Of a stretch of 64,000 bases of DNA, positions 47,812 to 56,515 are shown piece by piece. The notes beneath the pieces were generated by a model that worked only from the letters and a program-made list of their open reading frames with translations, was not told the DNA's origin and did no database searches. Every line of letters starts with the position of its first letter. The stretch's first letter is position 1. The position numbers were made by a program, and so were the translations under genes. The stretch spans positions 349 to 64,348 of the forward strand of contig CAMJCK010000017.1 of assembly GCA_946404125.1 (NCBI GenBank), read 5' to 3'. The DNA is from an uncultured Bacteroidota bacterium. Lineage in GTDB: Bacteria > Bacteroidota > Bacteroidia > Bacteroidales > SZUA-534.

Positions 47812-48401
47812 CGGTTTTCAGTTTTGCATTGCTTAATAACATTATCTATCTCGGTGAACGATATTGGCTTATAGTCATTATTATCTACCCCGACATCGTA
47901 TTGTGTGGGGAACAGGTGCGCCAAGCGTGGAATATCCTTGCCATACGAGAAATCAGAAGTATGGACGTGCCCGAAGAATTGGTATGTCTTGAACGTGTTG
48001 TAAGTTCCAGCGTAGCAAAGGAACGGGTAATGGTTTAGAATGATTTTCCGATTATCTACAATAATCGACATTTGTTCGGCAACGTTGATAAGATTTTTGT
48101 ATTGGTGGCGACGGTCGAAATACTTGCGGTCGTGGTTTCCCAATACAAGGTGTATGCGGCCGTTGAGTTGGGATAGAATGCCGTCCCACATTTTCACATT
48201 GCCAAAACAGAAGTCGCCCAAATGGAACACAACATCGTCTTTGCCGACGCGGGCATTCCAATTGTCAATCAGCGCCTGGTTCATTGCTTCAACACTGTCG
48301 AACGGGCGGCCATTCATGCGTATTATGGCTTCGTGACAAAAGTGAGTGTCGCTGGTGAACCATACGGGCTGGCCGCTTATTATCATATCGTAGTTCTTCA
48401 T
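47808..48401 (-). CDS. Calcineurin-like metallophosphoesterase (small, Metallophos_2-like)
   Basis: FTSDTHFCH, FHLGDFCFG, VLGNHDR, FFGHVH; 197 aa; 4-nt overlaps with both neighbours. Confidence 0.8.
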   Translation of the reverse strand: MKNYDMIISGQPVWFTSDTHFCHEAIIRMNGRPFDSVEAMNQALIDNWNARVGKDDVVFHLGDFCFGNVKMWDGILSQLNGRIHLVLGNHDRKYFDRRHQYKNLINVAEQMSIIVDNRKIILNHYPFLCYAGTYNTFKTYQFFGHVHTSDFSYGKDIPRLAHLFPTQYDVGVDNNDYKPISFTEIDNVIKQCKTENR

Positions 48402-49204
48402 AGGGCTTTTACGTTTCTGATTTGCATTATGTCGAGCGCGGTGAAATCAATGCTGTCAATAGTGGCTTCGTTGTGCAGGTGAAAGTGCCCATAGAACCAC
48501 TGACGCAGCGGGTGTTTGTCGGCAAGCAAACGCTCGTGTATCTTGTCGATTGTGGTGCGTTCCATCTCGCAGTCGATAAAAAGCGCATTGTCGCGAGCCA
48601 GCCATGACTCTATGCCGTTCTTGTTGGTCGGCACACAGAACGAAGGCGCAGTGTGGGTGACCACAGTGTCAATCGGGATTTGCTGTTGTTGCAGTTCGTC
48701 GAGCAATGCAGGCGAATAGAATGGCGGCTCATCTGGCCAGTAGTAGGTATGGCCATCGGCTGCCTGCCAGTTCTTGCGAACGCGGCGGTCAATGCTGATT
48801 GCACCACCAACGCACAGCACATTATGCCCACAACAGCGGACAACGGTGTAATCGGGTATTATCAGGAATCCGTCAGCCGCTTGCCGTTGCTCTGTAAACC
48901 ATGCAGGGTCGTCGTGGTTGCCGCGCAGCATCACCACCGTTACGTTATGCTTGCGAAGTTGCTGGCCGCAATGTTTCAGTTCGTTTTCATAGTATTTGGG
49001 CGAGTGGAACCCAAACCCACAATCGCCTGCAACAATCACTACGGCGTTGTTAAGGTTGTATTTGCTGCATATAGTGAACACCAACGTGCGGAACTCACCG
49101 TGAATGTCGCCGCAAACAAGTAAGTGTTCGGCGTTCGGGAAGTCTGCCGTTTCTAGGTGACGGTTATCGGGATTGTTCAGATAGTATTCGGTCATAATAT
49201 TCAA
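48398..49204 (-). CDS. Calcineurin-like metallophosphoesterase (PPP-like)
   Basis: LLVCGDIHGEF, VIVAGDCGFG, LRGNHDDP, VVTHTAP, YGHFH; 268 aa. Confidence 0.8.
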   Translation of the reverse strand: MNIMTEYYLNNPDNRHLETADFPNAEHLLVCGDIHGEFRTLVFTICSKYNLNNAVVIVAGDCGFGFHSPKYYENELKHCGQQLRKHNVTVVMLRGNHDDPAWFTEQRQAADGFLIIPDYTVVRCCGHNVLCVGGAISIDRRVRKNWQAADGHTYYWPDEPPFYSPALLDELQQQQIPIDTVVTHTAPSFCVPTNKNGIESWLARDNALFIDCEMERTTIDKIHERLLADKHPLRQWFYGHFHLHNEATIDSIDFTALDIMQIRNVKAL

Positions 49205-49225
49205 ACATTTGAAATGGTGGAAAAT

Positions 49226-50680
49226 TCAGAAGTTATACTCAATATTGTTGATATATTCCAATAATCGGCTGTTACGTTTTTCTTTGTAATCATCACCTGT
49301 ATATCCACCATTGATTATGATGTCGAGCATTGAAGTTAGGTTACTATATTTAGTGTTGCATTTGTATTTGCCTTGAAAAACCAAACTTCGTGTGTACTTG
49401 AATATGTTGAACGAATAATAGTCATCAATTGTAATGCAAATAATTCCATCGAATACGATGCCTGAAACTTGCATGACGTATGCCGGAGTTTTAATCGCGT
49501 AACCAGGTCCTTCAAATTCAGCCTTTGCTATGAGGAAGGTGCGTTCAATGTTCCATCTCTTATTCCAATCATTTCCCTCACCATAAATACATTTATCAAT
49601 GTCTTGGTATGTATTATTCAATTCTGCTTCATATATATCAGTTTCATAACTCAAACCAACATGGAAAATCCTACGTATATCATAATCAGCATCGAATATC
49701 TCATCGCATAATTCAGGTGTCATTCTCCCAATTCGCTTCGATATGTCTTCAGCCAACTCAAAAGTTCTTGGTATGTAACCATAATTTCTTTTTATGTATT
49801 GGTTTACAAGCTCTTTTACGGCCAACAACAATTCCGTTTCATATTTTGGTTTGCAGATATTAGCACAATAATCCCAATCATGACCTATGGTGAGCACATA
49901 TTCCGCTTTTAAACCAATTCTAGCCGAATTCGGGGTGTTGTTTCCGTTTTTCTCCGATTTGAATAAAAACTTAATATCATTTTCATCAATCTTTTTCATT
50001 AATTCCACATTTACATCTATGTTTTGCCCATCAACACTAAACGTCAACACAAGACCGAATGTCTCGTAAGTATTATTGTAATAGTTCAAACTAACCTTTT
50101 TAAGGCCCCACAGAGACAAGGCATCAACACTCAAAACCTCAACTATACTTTTCCATTTTTTGCAAAATTTTTTTATTACAGATTGCGACAGTTTGGTCGG
50201 CTTGATTGTACCATAAAACGTTTTTAGCACATTGGGATAGAAATATGTCCAATCAACTTTTCTGTCGCAGGATGAGTCGAGCAAAATATATTTGCCATCA
50301 ATCGAAAATCGTAATTTAGTTTTCAGTTCGTTGTAAATAGATGTTATCCGAAATGTGGCTATCCCAAATTTTGAAAGAGATGCGTCATCAAAAACTCTTA
50401 AATTAATCGGTCTGCCATCATCCTCATAACGGATAGTGATTTCGTAGCATTTGAGTTCGTTAATTGTTGTGGCAAATTTTTCAAAATCAGCATCAGCCAT
50501 TCCAACTTCTTCTTTCAAAAGATTGATGGCGGAAATGTTATATTTCATATTTTGGACTAACACTCGCTTCACTATTCTTTCGCGCAAAGTGTCTTCAGGC
50601 AGATGATTCACCCAGTCGGTGTTGTCGTGCTCTGCGAATTCAATTGCTTCTGGCATCTCTTCATAATCGGTGTTGCTCAT
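49226..50680 (-). CDS. Hypothetical protein, first gene of the phosphoesterase operon
   Basis: About 484 aa from ATG 50680 (the track start 50725 is also possible). No motif recognised. 21 nt upstream of the first phosphoesterase gene. Confidence 0.55.
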   Translation of the reverse strand: MSNTDYEEMPEAIEFAEHDNTDWVNHLPEDTLRERIVKRVLVQNMKYNISAINLLKEEVGMADADFEKFATTINELKCYEITIRYEDDGRPINLRVFDDASLSKFGIATFRITSIYNELKTKLRFSIDGKYILLDSSCDRKVDWTYFYPNVLKTFYGTIKPTKLSQSVIKKFCKKWKSIVEVLSVDALSLWGLKKVSLNYYNNTYETFGLVLTFSVDGQNIDVNVELMKKIDENDIKFLFKSEKNGNNTPNSARIGLKAEYVLTIGHDWDYCANICKPKYETELLLAVKELVNQYIKRNYGYIPRTFELAEDISKRIGRMTPELCDEIFDADYDIRRIFHVGLSYETDIYEAELNNTYQDIDKCIYGEGNDWNKRWNIERTFLIAKAEFEGPGYAIKTPAYVMQVSGIVFDGIICITIDDYYSFNIFKYTRSLVFQGKYKCNTKYSNLTSMLDIIINGGYTGDDYKEKRNSRLLEYINNIEYNF

Positions 50681-50956
50681 AGTTGTTTTTTTATTGGTTT
50701 CGTGCTGACAAAAATAACAAATCAAGCCTCAAAAAACAAATAAAAATAGAGTTTAATTTATTGATATTTAATGAGTTAACTATGGGTATGGTCAGATTTC
50801 TCCTGCAGCAAATATATTGGCAGAAACAAGTTTGGTTTTACATTTTTTTAAGTGTGGTCAGTCATCAGGTTAATTGTCAGGTTAATAGGCGTTGAAAAAA
50901 GTCTTTAACATTGTAATTATAGTGGATATTGTTAACTATATTTGCCATGAAATTGA

Positions 50957-52099
50957 ATGATAATGAAAGACGAAAGATTTTGGGAACAAGATGTTAATTG
51001 GGATAATATTTTCGGCCACGGGATACCAGACTTTGATTTTTATGATATAGACTGGTCGTTTAAAAAGCCCTTTAAATCAAGTTCGTGGTTGGAAGGATAT
51101 TATTATGAACTATCATATTGTATTATAGGCAATAATTATGATGAATCAGATGATTTTTGTGATTTTGTCAATGATTTTACAGAAGGGATAGTCAAAGAAA
51201 TAAAAGTCTTTTTGGACGCTTTCATTCAGTCAAACATAAACAAAGGCAATAGTACCAGTACAATTTTCACGAAATTTATTGATATATCCAGTTTCTTGCC
51301 ACAGATTGTTGAGTGCAGCGAACCATTCCCTTACATAGAAAACGACTTGTCAAAAGCACTTCATCGTTGGGAAGATTTTATGTTAAATGATTCTCCGAAA
51401 CCATCACGAAAGTGGGAACTATCAAAAAGACAATTACATAAACAGTGGCTGCCGCCTGAATTTCCATTAAAGCCATCGTCAATCCGCCGCAAGGCGCAGT
51501 CAGTCAAAGCATTTTGCGGATTTCTTTGCCAATATTATGGATTTCATTTTGGAGATTATCAATCATTCCCAGACTACAGCCGGCCGGTTTACAAACAGTC
51601 GCGCAATAACCGTCAGATTACATATGATATCGAAGAGATAGTTAAGAAAATCCCTGTCGGCAGGGAACCTTCCAAAGCATTCATTGGTTACCGTGACAAG
51701 GCGATAATTCTGGCCATAGGCAATATTGGGCTTTCTGTTTCTGAACTGATTGATTTAAACACATCAGATATTGATTGGGACAAATCACTCATTATAGGCA
51801 CAAAACGAGCCCACCCAATCATTGACGAAGATACCCGCCAGGCTATGCGGAAATACTTTGGCATTTGCAGAGAAAAATATGCCAATCACGAAAAATTCTT
51901 TCTGACATCCAAAGGCGAACCGATTTCAAGGGTGAGCGTTTTCAAAATCGTGAAAGAACGTTCAAAACAGGCTGGTTACAATCACATTAATCCACAGATG
52001 CTGCGTGAAACTTTTAAAAAACGCTTGATAAAACGATATCAGAAATCAGAGGCGGCAAAAAGGTTGGGAATAAAAAGGTTGTATAACAGGGATTTGTGA
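50957..52099 (+). CDS. Divergent tyrosine-recombinase-like protein
   Basis: The C-terminal half resembles a phage-integrase catalytic domain (GLSVSELIDLNTSDI, PQMLRETFKKRL, LGIKRLYNRD), but the box-I Arg appears replaced (GLSVSE versus GLRxSE). Confidence 0.5.
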   Translation: MIMKDERFWEQDVNWDNIFGHGIPDFDFYDIDWSFKKPFKSSSWLEGYYYELSYCIIGNNYDESDDFCDFVNDFTEGIVKEIKVFLDAFIQSNINKGNSTSTIFTKFIDISSFLPQIVECSEPFPYIENDLSKALHRWEDFMLNDSPKPSRKWELSKRQLHKQWLPPEFPLKPSSIRRKAQSVKAFCGFLCQYYGFHFGDYQSFPDYSRPVYKQSRNNRQITYDIEEIVKKIPVGREPSKAFIGYRDKAIILAIGNIGLSVSELIDLNTSDIDWDKSLIIGTKRAHPIIDEDTRQAMRKYFGICREKYANHEKFFLTSKGEPISRVSVFKIVKERSKQAGYNHINPQMLRETFKKRLIKRYQKSEAAKRLGIKRLYNRDL

Positions 52100-52142
52100 A
52101 GAATCTGATTATTGTTCGCACTTTTCCGTTGAAATAGTATTG

Positions 52143-52772
52143 TTATTGCATTCTTTTCCCTTTTTCACTTCTTAAAGAAAGATTGACATCCACTAATGCT
52201 GATTCTATATTTTTCAGAATTTGTATTTGCTCATTATTTAAAGTTGGATTCTCTTCTTTGTTAATGTTTAAATAATGTGCTATTTGATTTATGTTATTAC
52301 CGATTTTTGCTAATTGAAATATTAATTCGCCCAGATTTTTGTCCTCAGTCAGTATAGTAATTTTTTTATCCAGAATTCTTGCTCGTAAATATGCATTGAA
52401 GTCTCTACTCCTTGTTTTTTCCGCTTCTGTCTTTAATTTCTCATATTCTCTTTCTGTAAAACATATTGTTTTTTTCTTGTTCCTTTTCTCTTCCTCTTCA
52501 ATCGGAGGTCTTCCTCCTAATCGTTTTACATACAACTGAAACTGCAGGAGCAACTTTTTCTTATTCTCAACAGACCACTTTACTCTTTCTTTTGTTGACC
52601 AGTTGAGTCCGTAGTAATAATCTATTTCTCCCGTTCCTGTTATCTCAGTAATATCACTTACGAATGTCTTTGGCAGGACACAGTCTTCATCAATTTTGGA
52701 AATCTTGAATCCGTAATCATTGTACGCAATATCATCAGATTTGATTTTGCCAATATGCTTTACTTTTCCCAT
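52143..52772 (-). CDS. MobC-family mobilisation (relaxosome accessory) protein with an N-terminal extension
   Basis: GGRPP...ICFTEREYEKLKTEAEKTRSRDFNAYLRARIL and LAKIGNNINQIAHYLN (MobC signature); 209 aa. Confidence 0.7.
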   Translation of the reverse strand: MGKVKHIGKIKSDDIAYNDYGFKISKIDEDCVLPKTFVSDITEITGTGEIDYYYGLNWSTKERVKWSVENKKKLLLQFQLYVKRLGGRPPIEEEEKRNKKKTICFTEREYEKLKTEAEKTRSRDFNAYLRARILDKKITILTEDKNLGELIFQLAKIGNNINQIAHYLNINKEENPTLNNEQIQILKNIESALVDVNLSLRSEKGKRMQ

Positions 52773-53222
52773 AACCTTATAATTAAAAAAAACGACGGAA
52801 CGGAGTTCTTTTTCTTTTTTTTATTCCTTGCCACCAGCAGTAACAAAGATAATCAAATTTCTGTGGAACGGAAATTTCAAGGGAAGTTTTGGTTGTACCA
52901 AAACACACCTTGCTATCCGAAAAGATTGTTATTTTATTTATTCGAAAATGCATACAAAAACAGTGTAAAAATTTGGAATGGAAGGGAAGAAATTCGGTAG
53001 TTATTTAATCAATATTCCAAGGATTCACAATTGCCAATCGTTTAATGCCTATCTTCCCAATGAGTACTTTACTCCCTTCCATATAGTTACAAATGAAAGG
53101 GAGAAAAAATCTTATCCCGCTCTGGCTCTTTCCCTACTGTCTATCGTAGTTTTGGCGCCTTGAGCAAATAAGTATCGGTGGGGGACAGCGCCACAATTAA
53201 TCTTGCCTGGTTTCCACCCTTA

Positions 53223-53350
53223 GTTTACATATTATATTATATATTTATATATCAATATGTTATATATGTAAACGTGGTTTACAGGGTTTACAGTTTATCA
53301 TTGTATATTGCTAATACACAATAATATACGGTTGTAAACCTACTTTACAG
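53223..53350. repeat. Cluster of GGTTTACA / TGTAAACC 8-mers (right part of island, at the integrase 3' end)
   Basis: GTTTACA 53223, TGTAAAC 53267, GGTTTACA 53276 and 53285, TGTAAACC 53333, CTTTACAG 53343. Confidence 0.85.
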
Positions 53351-54620
53351 AGAGGAACCCGTTGTAGCATTGCATACTCTTTTCGCGAGCATTATCTAAT
53401 ATATCGATATACGGTTTCATCGCTTTATACGAGCTATGCCCGGTCCAATCCATTATCACCTGTGGTTGAATGCCCATGGAAAGGCCTAGAATAACAAAAG
53501 TTCGGCGTGCAGCGTGAGTTCCAATCAACTCGTATTTGGGTGGGTAAGAATCAATGCGCTGATGCCCAATAATTTGCGTTCTAGGCACGGGTGCAGTTAT
53601 GCCCGCCATTTTCGCTATTATTTTTAAATCAACATTCATTTTTTGATTCGAAATAACGGGAAGTGCTTTATTATTTTTTGTTGGATAATCTTTGTATTTG
53701 TTTAGTATAAAAGATGTTATATCGTTTAATGGAATTGTTATTTGGTCCGTTGTTTTAATTGTGGTTAAATCAATTTGCCCATTCCATATGTTTTCCCTTC
53801 TCAAATTTCGCGCGTCGCTGTATCGGATTCCACTGAAACAGCAAAAAACGAATACATCACGTACTTGCTCGAGATGCTTTTGCGTGCGGTCAAATTCCAA
53901 ATTCCACAGGGCTTTTAACTCTTCGGGTTCCAAAAACACTGGTTTATTGTGAGGCGATTCAAGTTTGGGGTCAAACGTTTCAAAATCAGTGATATTATGG
54001 TATCCTTTCTTGTTTGCCCACCTTAAGAACCATTTAAGGAAACCTAAATTCTTTTTTATTGTTGAATTTTTCATTTTGACATCATCCATAAGATACTTTA
54101 CATATTTGCCAAGTCCATATTCGTTGAAATCTTCGAATGTTGGTTTGGTTTTATAATTGATTATGTGCTTTCCTAATGCGGCAAACTTTTCATGAGTTGC
54201 GGGAGTCCAGTTCCGCTCGAAGCCTTTTTTTTCGATGAATTCATCATAAATAGACAGCAGAGAGCGTGGCATCGAGAGTTTTGTAGAGTTATTGCCATTA
54301 GGATTACGCAATGCGTAATAATCATTGCGCAAATTTTCTGGGCGCGGGATGCTGCCTTTTTTCTCCCACTTGAGCAAAATAGATTCGATGTCTTTCTTCA
54401 TTTTCGCGAGGCGAGTGTTTACTTCGTGTGCTTGGCGGGCTTCATCAACACTGTTGCCGGACTTAAGAATCATCGTTTTTGTGTTCCACCGTTTTGTGGG
54501 AACGTTTATTCCTGTTGAGAATAATACTCTGTTTCCTGCATAAGTGACTACCATGTTAAGACGTGCGTTTTCTGCATCTTTGTACTTGGGATCTAACAAA
54601 AATCTAATGTTTTCTTTCAT
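53340..54620 (-). CDS. Tyrosine site-specific integrase (Bacteroides type)
   Basis: 426 aa. FSGIRYSDARNL (Arg I), GTHAARRTF (H-x-x-R), WTGHSSYKAMKPYIDI (His/Tyr). 165 nt from the right att repeat. Confidence 0.9.
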   Translation of the reverse strand: MKENIRFLLDPKYKDAENARLNMVVTYAGNRVLFSTGINVPTKRWNTKTMILKSGNSVDEARQAHEVNTRLAKMKKDIESILLKWEKKGSIPRPENLRNDYYALRNPNGNNSTKLSMPRSLLSIYDEFIEKKGFERNWTPATHEKFAALGKHIINYKTKPTFEDFNEYGLGKYVKYLMDDVKMKNSTIKKNLGFLKWFLRWANKKGYHNITDFETFDPKLESPHNKPVFLEPEELKALWNLEFDRTQKHLEQVRDVFVFCCFSGIRYSDARNLRRENIWNGQIDLTTIKTTDQITIPLNDITSFILNKYKDYPTKNNKALPVISNQKMNVDLKIIAKMAGITAPVPRTQIIGHQRIDSYPPKYELIGTHAARRTFVILGLSMGIQPQVIMDWTGHSSYKAMKPYIDILDNAREKSMQCYNGFLSVK

Positions 54621-54650
54621 AATTCTGAATTTTTTAAAAAGTTGATAATT

Positions 54651-54669
54651 TGCTTACATTTTGATTACA
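54651..54669 (+). repeat. End-proximal repeat (right copy)
   Basis: TGCTTACATTTTGATTACA, matching 17334-17353 apart from one T. Confidence 0.8.
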
Positions 54670-54784
54670 TTTTTTTTTAATCATTTTAAATGCAAAATAA
54701 CAACCTCGAATCAGAAAAGACAAGTAAAATATTGATTTATAGTAATTTAATAGTTAAATTAAACGTAGTTAAATGAAACCAAGT

Positions 54785-54802
54785 AATCCCTCTCTCTCCG
54801 CA
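54785..54802 (+). repeat. attR core (duplicated 3' end of tRNA-Ser)
   Basis: AATCCCTCTCTCTCCGCA, identical to 17282-17299. Confidence 0.9.
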
Positions 54803-54827
54803 GCGACTACAAAACTAAAAATCAAAA

Positions 54828-54855
54828 CCCTAACTTTTAGCGAGTTAGGGTTTTT
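54828..54855 (+). terminator. Rho-independent terminator, probably the original tRNA-Ser terminator
   Basis: CCCTAACT-TTTAGCG-AGTTAGGG followed by TTTTT. Confidence 0.7.
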
Positions 54856-54940
54856 CATTTCTCCAAAAACAACTTAAAAAAGCCTTATTCCGTTCCAAAT
54901 TTGCGACTGACAAAATTCAGAAAGTGCGACTGCTCATTTT

Positions 54941-55660
54941 TTAGAACCTAAAACCAGCCGACAGACGTGTTTCCGTCACATTGGTGTCGTCAGTGAGGTC
55001 GTTGAACGTTGTGCCATAGGTAACACCCACCATAAACGCGCCAAAGTAGGCCTTCACGCCGATGTTGCCGCCGAGTTCAAAACGGTTCCAAGGATTATCG
55101 TTCTGATTGGACTCGGTGAAAAGCGAAAAGTCAGTTTTCGCCTGATAAATCTGACGCTTCTCCATATCAACTGAAGGGTATTCCAAATAGCATTTTCCAC
55201 CTATGTGAGCACGAGCGTAAGCTCCCACGTATGGGAAGAAAGCAATCGTGGTGTTGGGTATTTGGATGAGGTATCCGACATTGACCTTGTATATTCCCGA
55301 AAAATACAAATACTCGGTTGAGGTTTTCATATTAGGATGAACCTTGCCACTTGGGTCTGGAAAATCCACTTTCTCCTCGTGCTTGTAATTCGACAAAACA
55401 AATCCCACACCATAGTTCAGATAGAGGTGTATGGTCTTCGACAGCGGTTTGTTTATCGAAATTCCCAGACCAGTCTGCTTGAAGGGTTCCTCATCCTTAA
55501 CGGTGAGGTCGGACCCGTTGTAAATATACTGCGACGGAGCGTAGTACATCTCAAGCGAATAGAATTCTTGTGGCTCAGTTGTCGATTGTGCCTCACCAAC
55601 TTGCGGACAAGCCACCATTGCGAAAACGCAAAATGCCATAAATACAGTTACTTTCTTCAT
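54941..55660 (-). CDS. Outer-membrane beta-barrel protein
   Basis: Signal peptide MKKVTVFMAFCVFAMVA, alternating beta-strand pattern, C-terminal ...RLSAGFRF. Confidence 0.7.
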   Translation of the reverse strand: MKKVTVFMAFCVFAMVACPQVGEAQSTTEPQEFYSLEMYYAPSQYIYNGSDLTVKDEEPFKQTGLGISINKPLSKTIHLYLNYGVGFVLSNYKHEEKVDFPDPSGKVHPNMKTSTEYLYFSGIYKVNVGYLIQIPNTTIAFFPYVGAYARAHIGGKCYLEYPSVDMEKRQIYQAKTDFSLFTESNQNDNPWNRFELGGNIGVKAYFGAFMVGVTYGTTFNDLTDDTNVTETRLSAGFRF

Positions 55661-56098
55661 CTTTACATAGTTTTTTGCCAGACATTTATTCCGGCTTGTT
55701 ACCTCGGACTTCTTGTTTCAACAAGCATTGCAGCTGCCGGAGTCCGATTAAAACAGCATCACAATACAAACCCTTATATTACATTTTTTATCAAATAGTT
55801 ATGCTTATTGCAGAAAAAGTTTTCAAAATATTTCATTATTCCCGATTTGCACAGATTCTTGCCCATTCTCCACTCCCATCGCCACCAATCATCGGCAAAT
55901 AAGCGCCAAACCGCTGATTAATCGGCTCCGTTATATAATACGGCTGTGCAGGCGGCAAAAAAAGTGCTTCCGGCAACATTTTTTCACTTAAAAAAACGTT
56001 ATTTGCAACGGAATTGGATTTGCGATTTCCGCCATTGTCGCTTGGCGCGATGATTTGCGAAATCAACAGCAATCCAAATAAATGATATTAAACGTGTT

Positions 56099-56515
56099 AT
56101 GAAGAAAATAATTCTTTTGTTGGCAATGATGGCCGGTGCGGCCGGAATAGCAGGCGCACAGGACCAACCGGCGCAGAAAATCAACAAGAAAAACCTTGTA
56201 ATCAAAGAGTGGAACACCGATGTGAAGACCAACGCGCAGATTCTGGACCACACAACCACCTACAACTCTGAAGGCAGAAAGATTGAAGAAATTGAGTACA
56301 GCCCGTCGGGGGTGAAATGGCGCAAACGCTTCGAGTACAACGCCGCAGGAAAGGTTACAAAGGAACTTGTTTACGACAATCACAACCGCTTGCAGACCTA
56401 TAAAACATACGAATACAACGAGTTCGGGCGCAAGAAGACACAATGCACCTACGACGCCAAAGGCAAGCTGCTGGTGACAAAAATCTTTGAATACATCGCC
56501 GAAGATGCCAACTAA
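56099..56515 (+). CDS. Secreted hypothetical protein with YD-like short repeats
   Basis: Signal peptide MKKIILLLAMMAGAAGIAGAQ, then repeated Y-x-Y/N-x-x-G-K patterns (EYSPSGV, EYNAAGK, EYNEFGR, TYDAKGK). Confidence 0.55.
   Translation: MKKIILLLAMMAGAAGIAGAQDQPAQKINKKNLVIKEWNTDVKTNAQILDHTTTYNSEGRKIEEIEYSPSGVKWRKRFEYNAAGKVTKELVYDNHNRLQTYKTYEYNEFGRKKTQCTYDAKGKLLVTKIFEYIAEDAN

Larger units (their letters stand above)
17282..54802. mobile_element. Integrated genomic island (about 37.5 kb) in the 3' end of tRNA-Ser; integrative, mobilizable-element-like, with defence-type cargo
   Basis: 18-bp direct repeat AATCCCTCTCTCTCCGCA at both ends. Tyrosine integrase next to the right end. AT-rich by eye versus the flanks. 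The original tRNA terminator sits just right of the right repeat. Confidence 0.85.

Noticed and set aside
17300-54784. Island as a prophage
   Set aside because: No terminase, portal, capsid, tail or lysis genes recognised. The content fits an integrative mobilisable or defence island instead.
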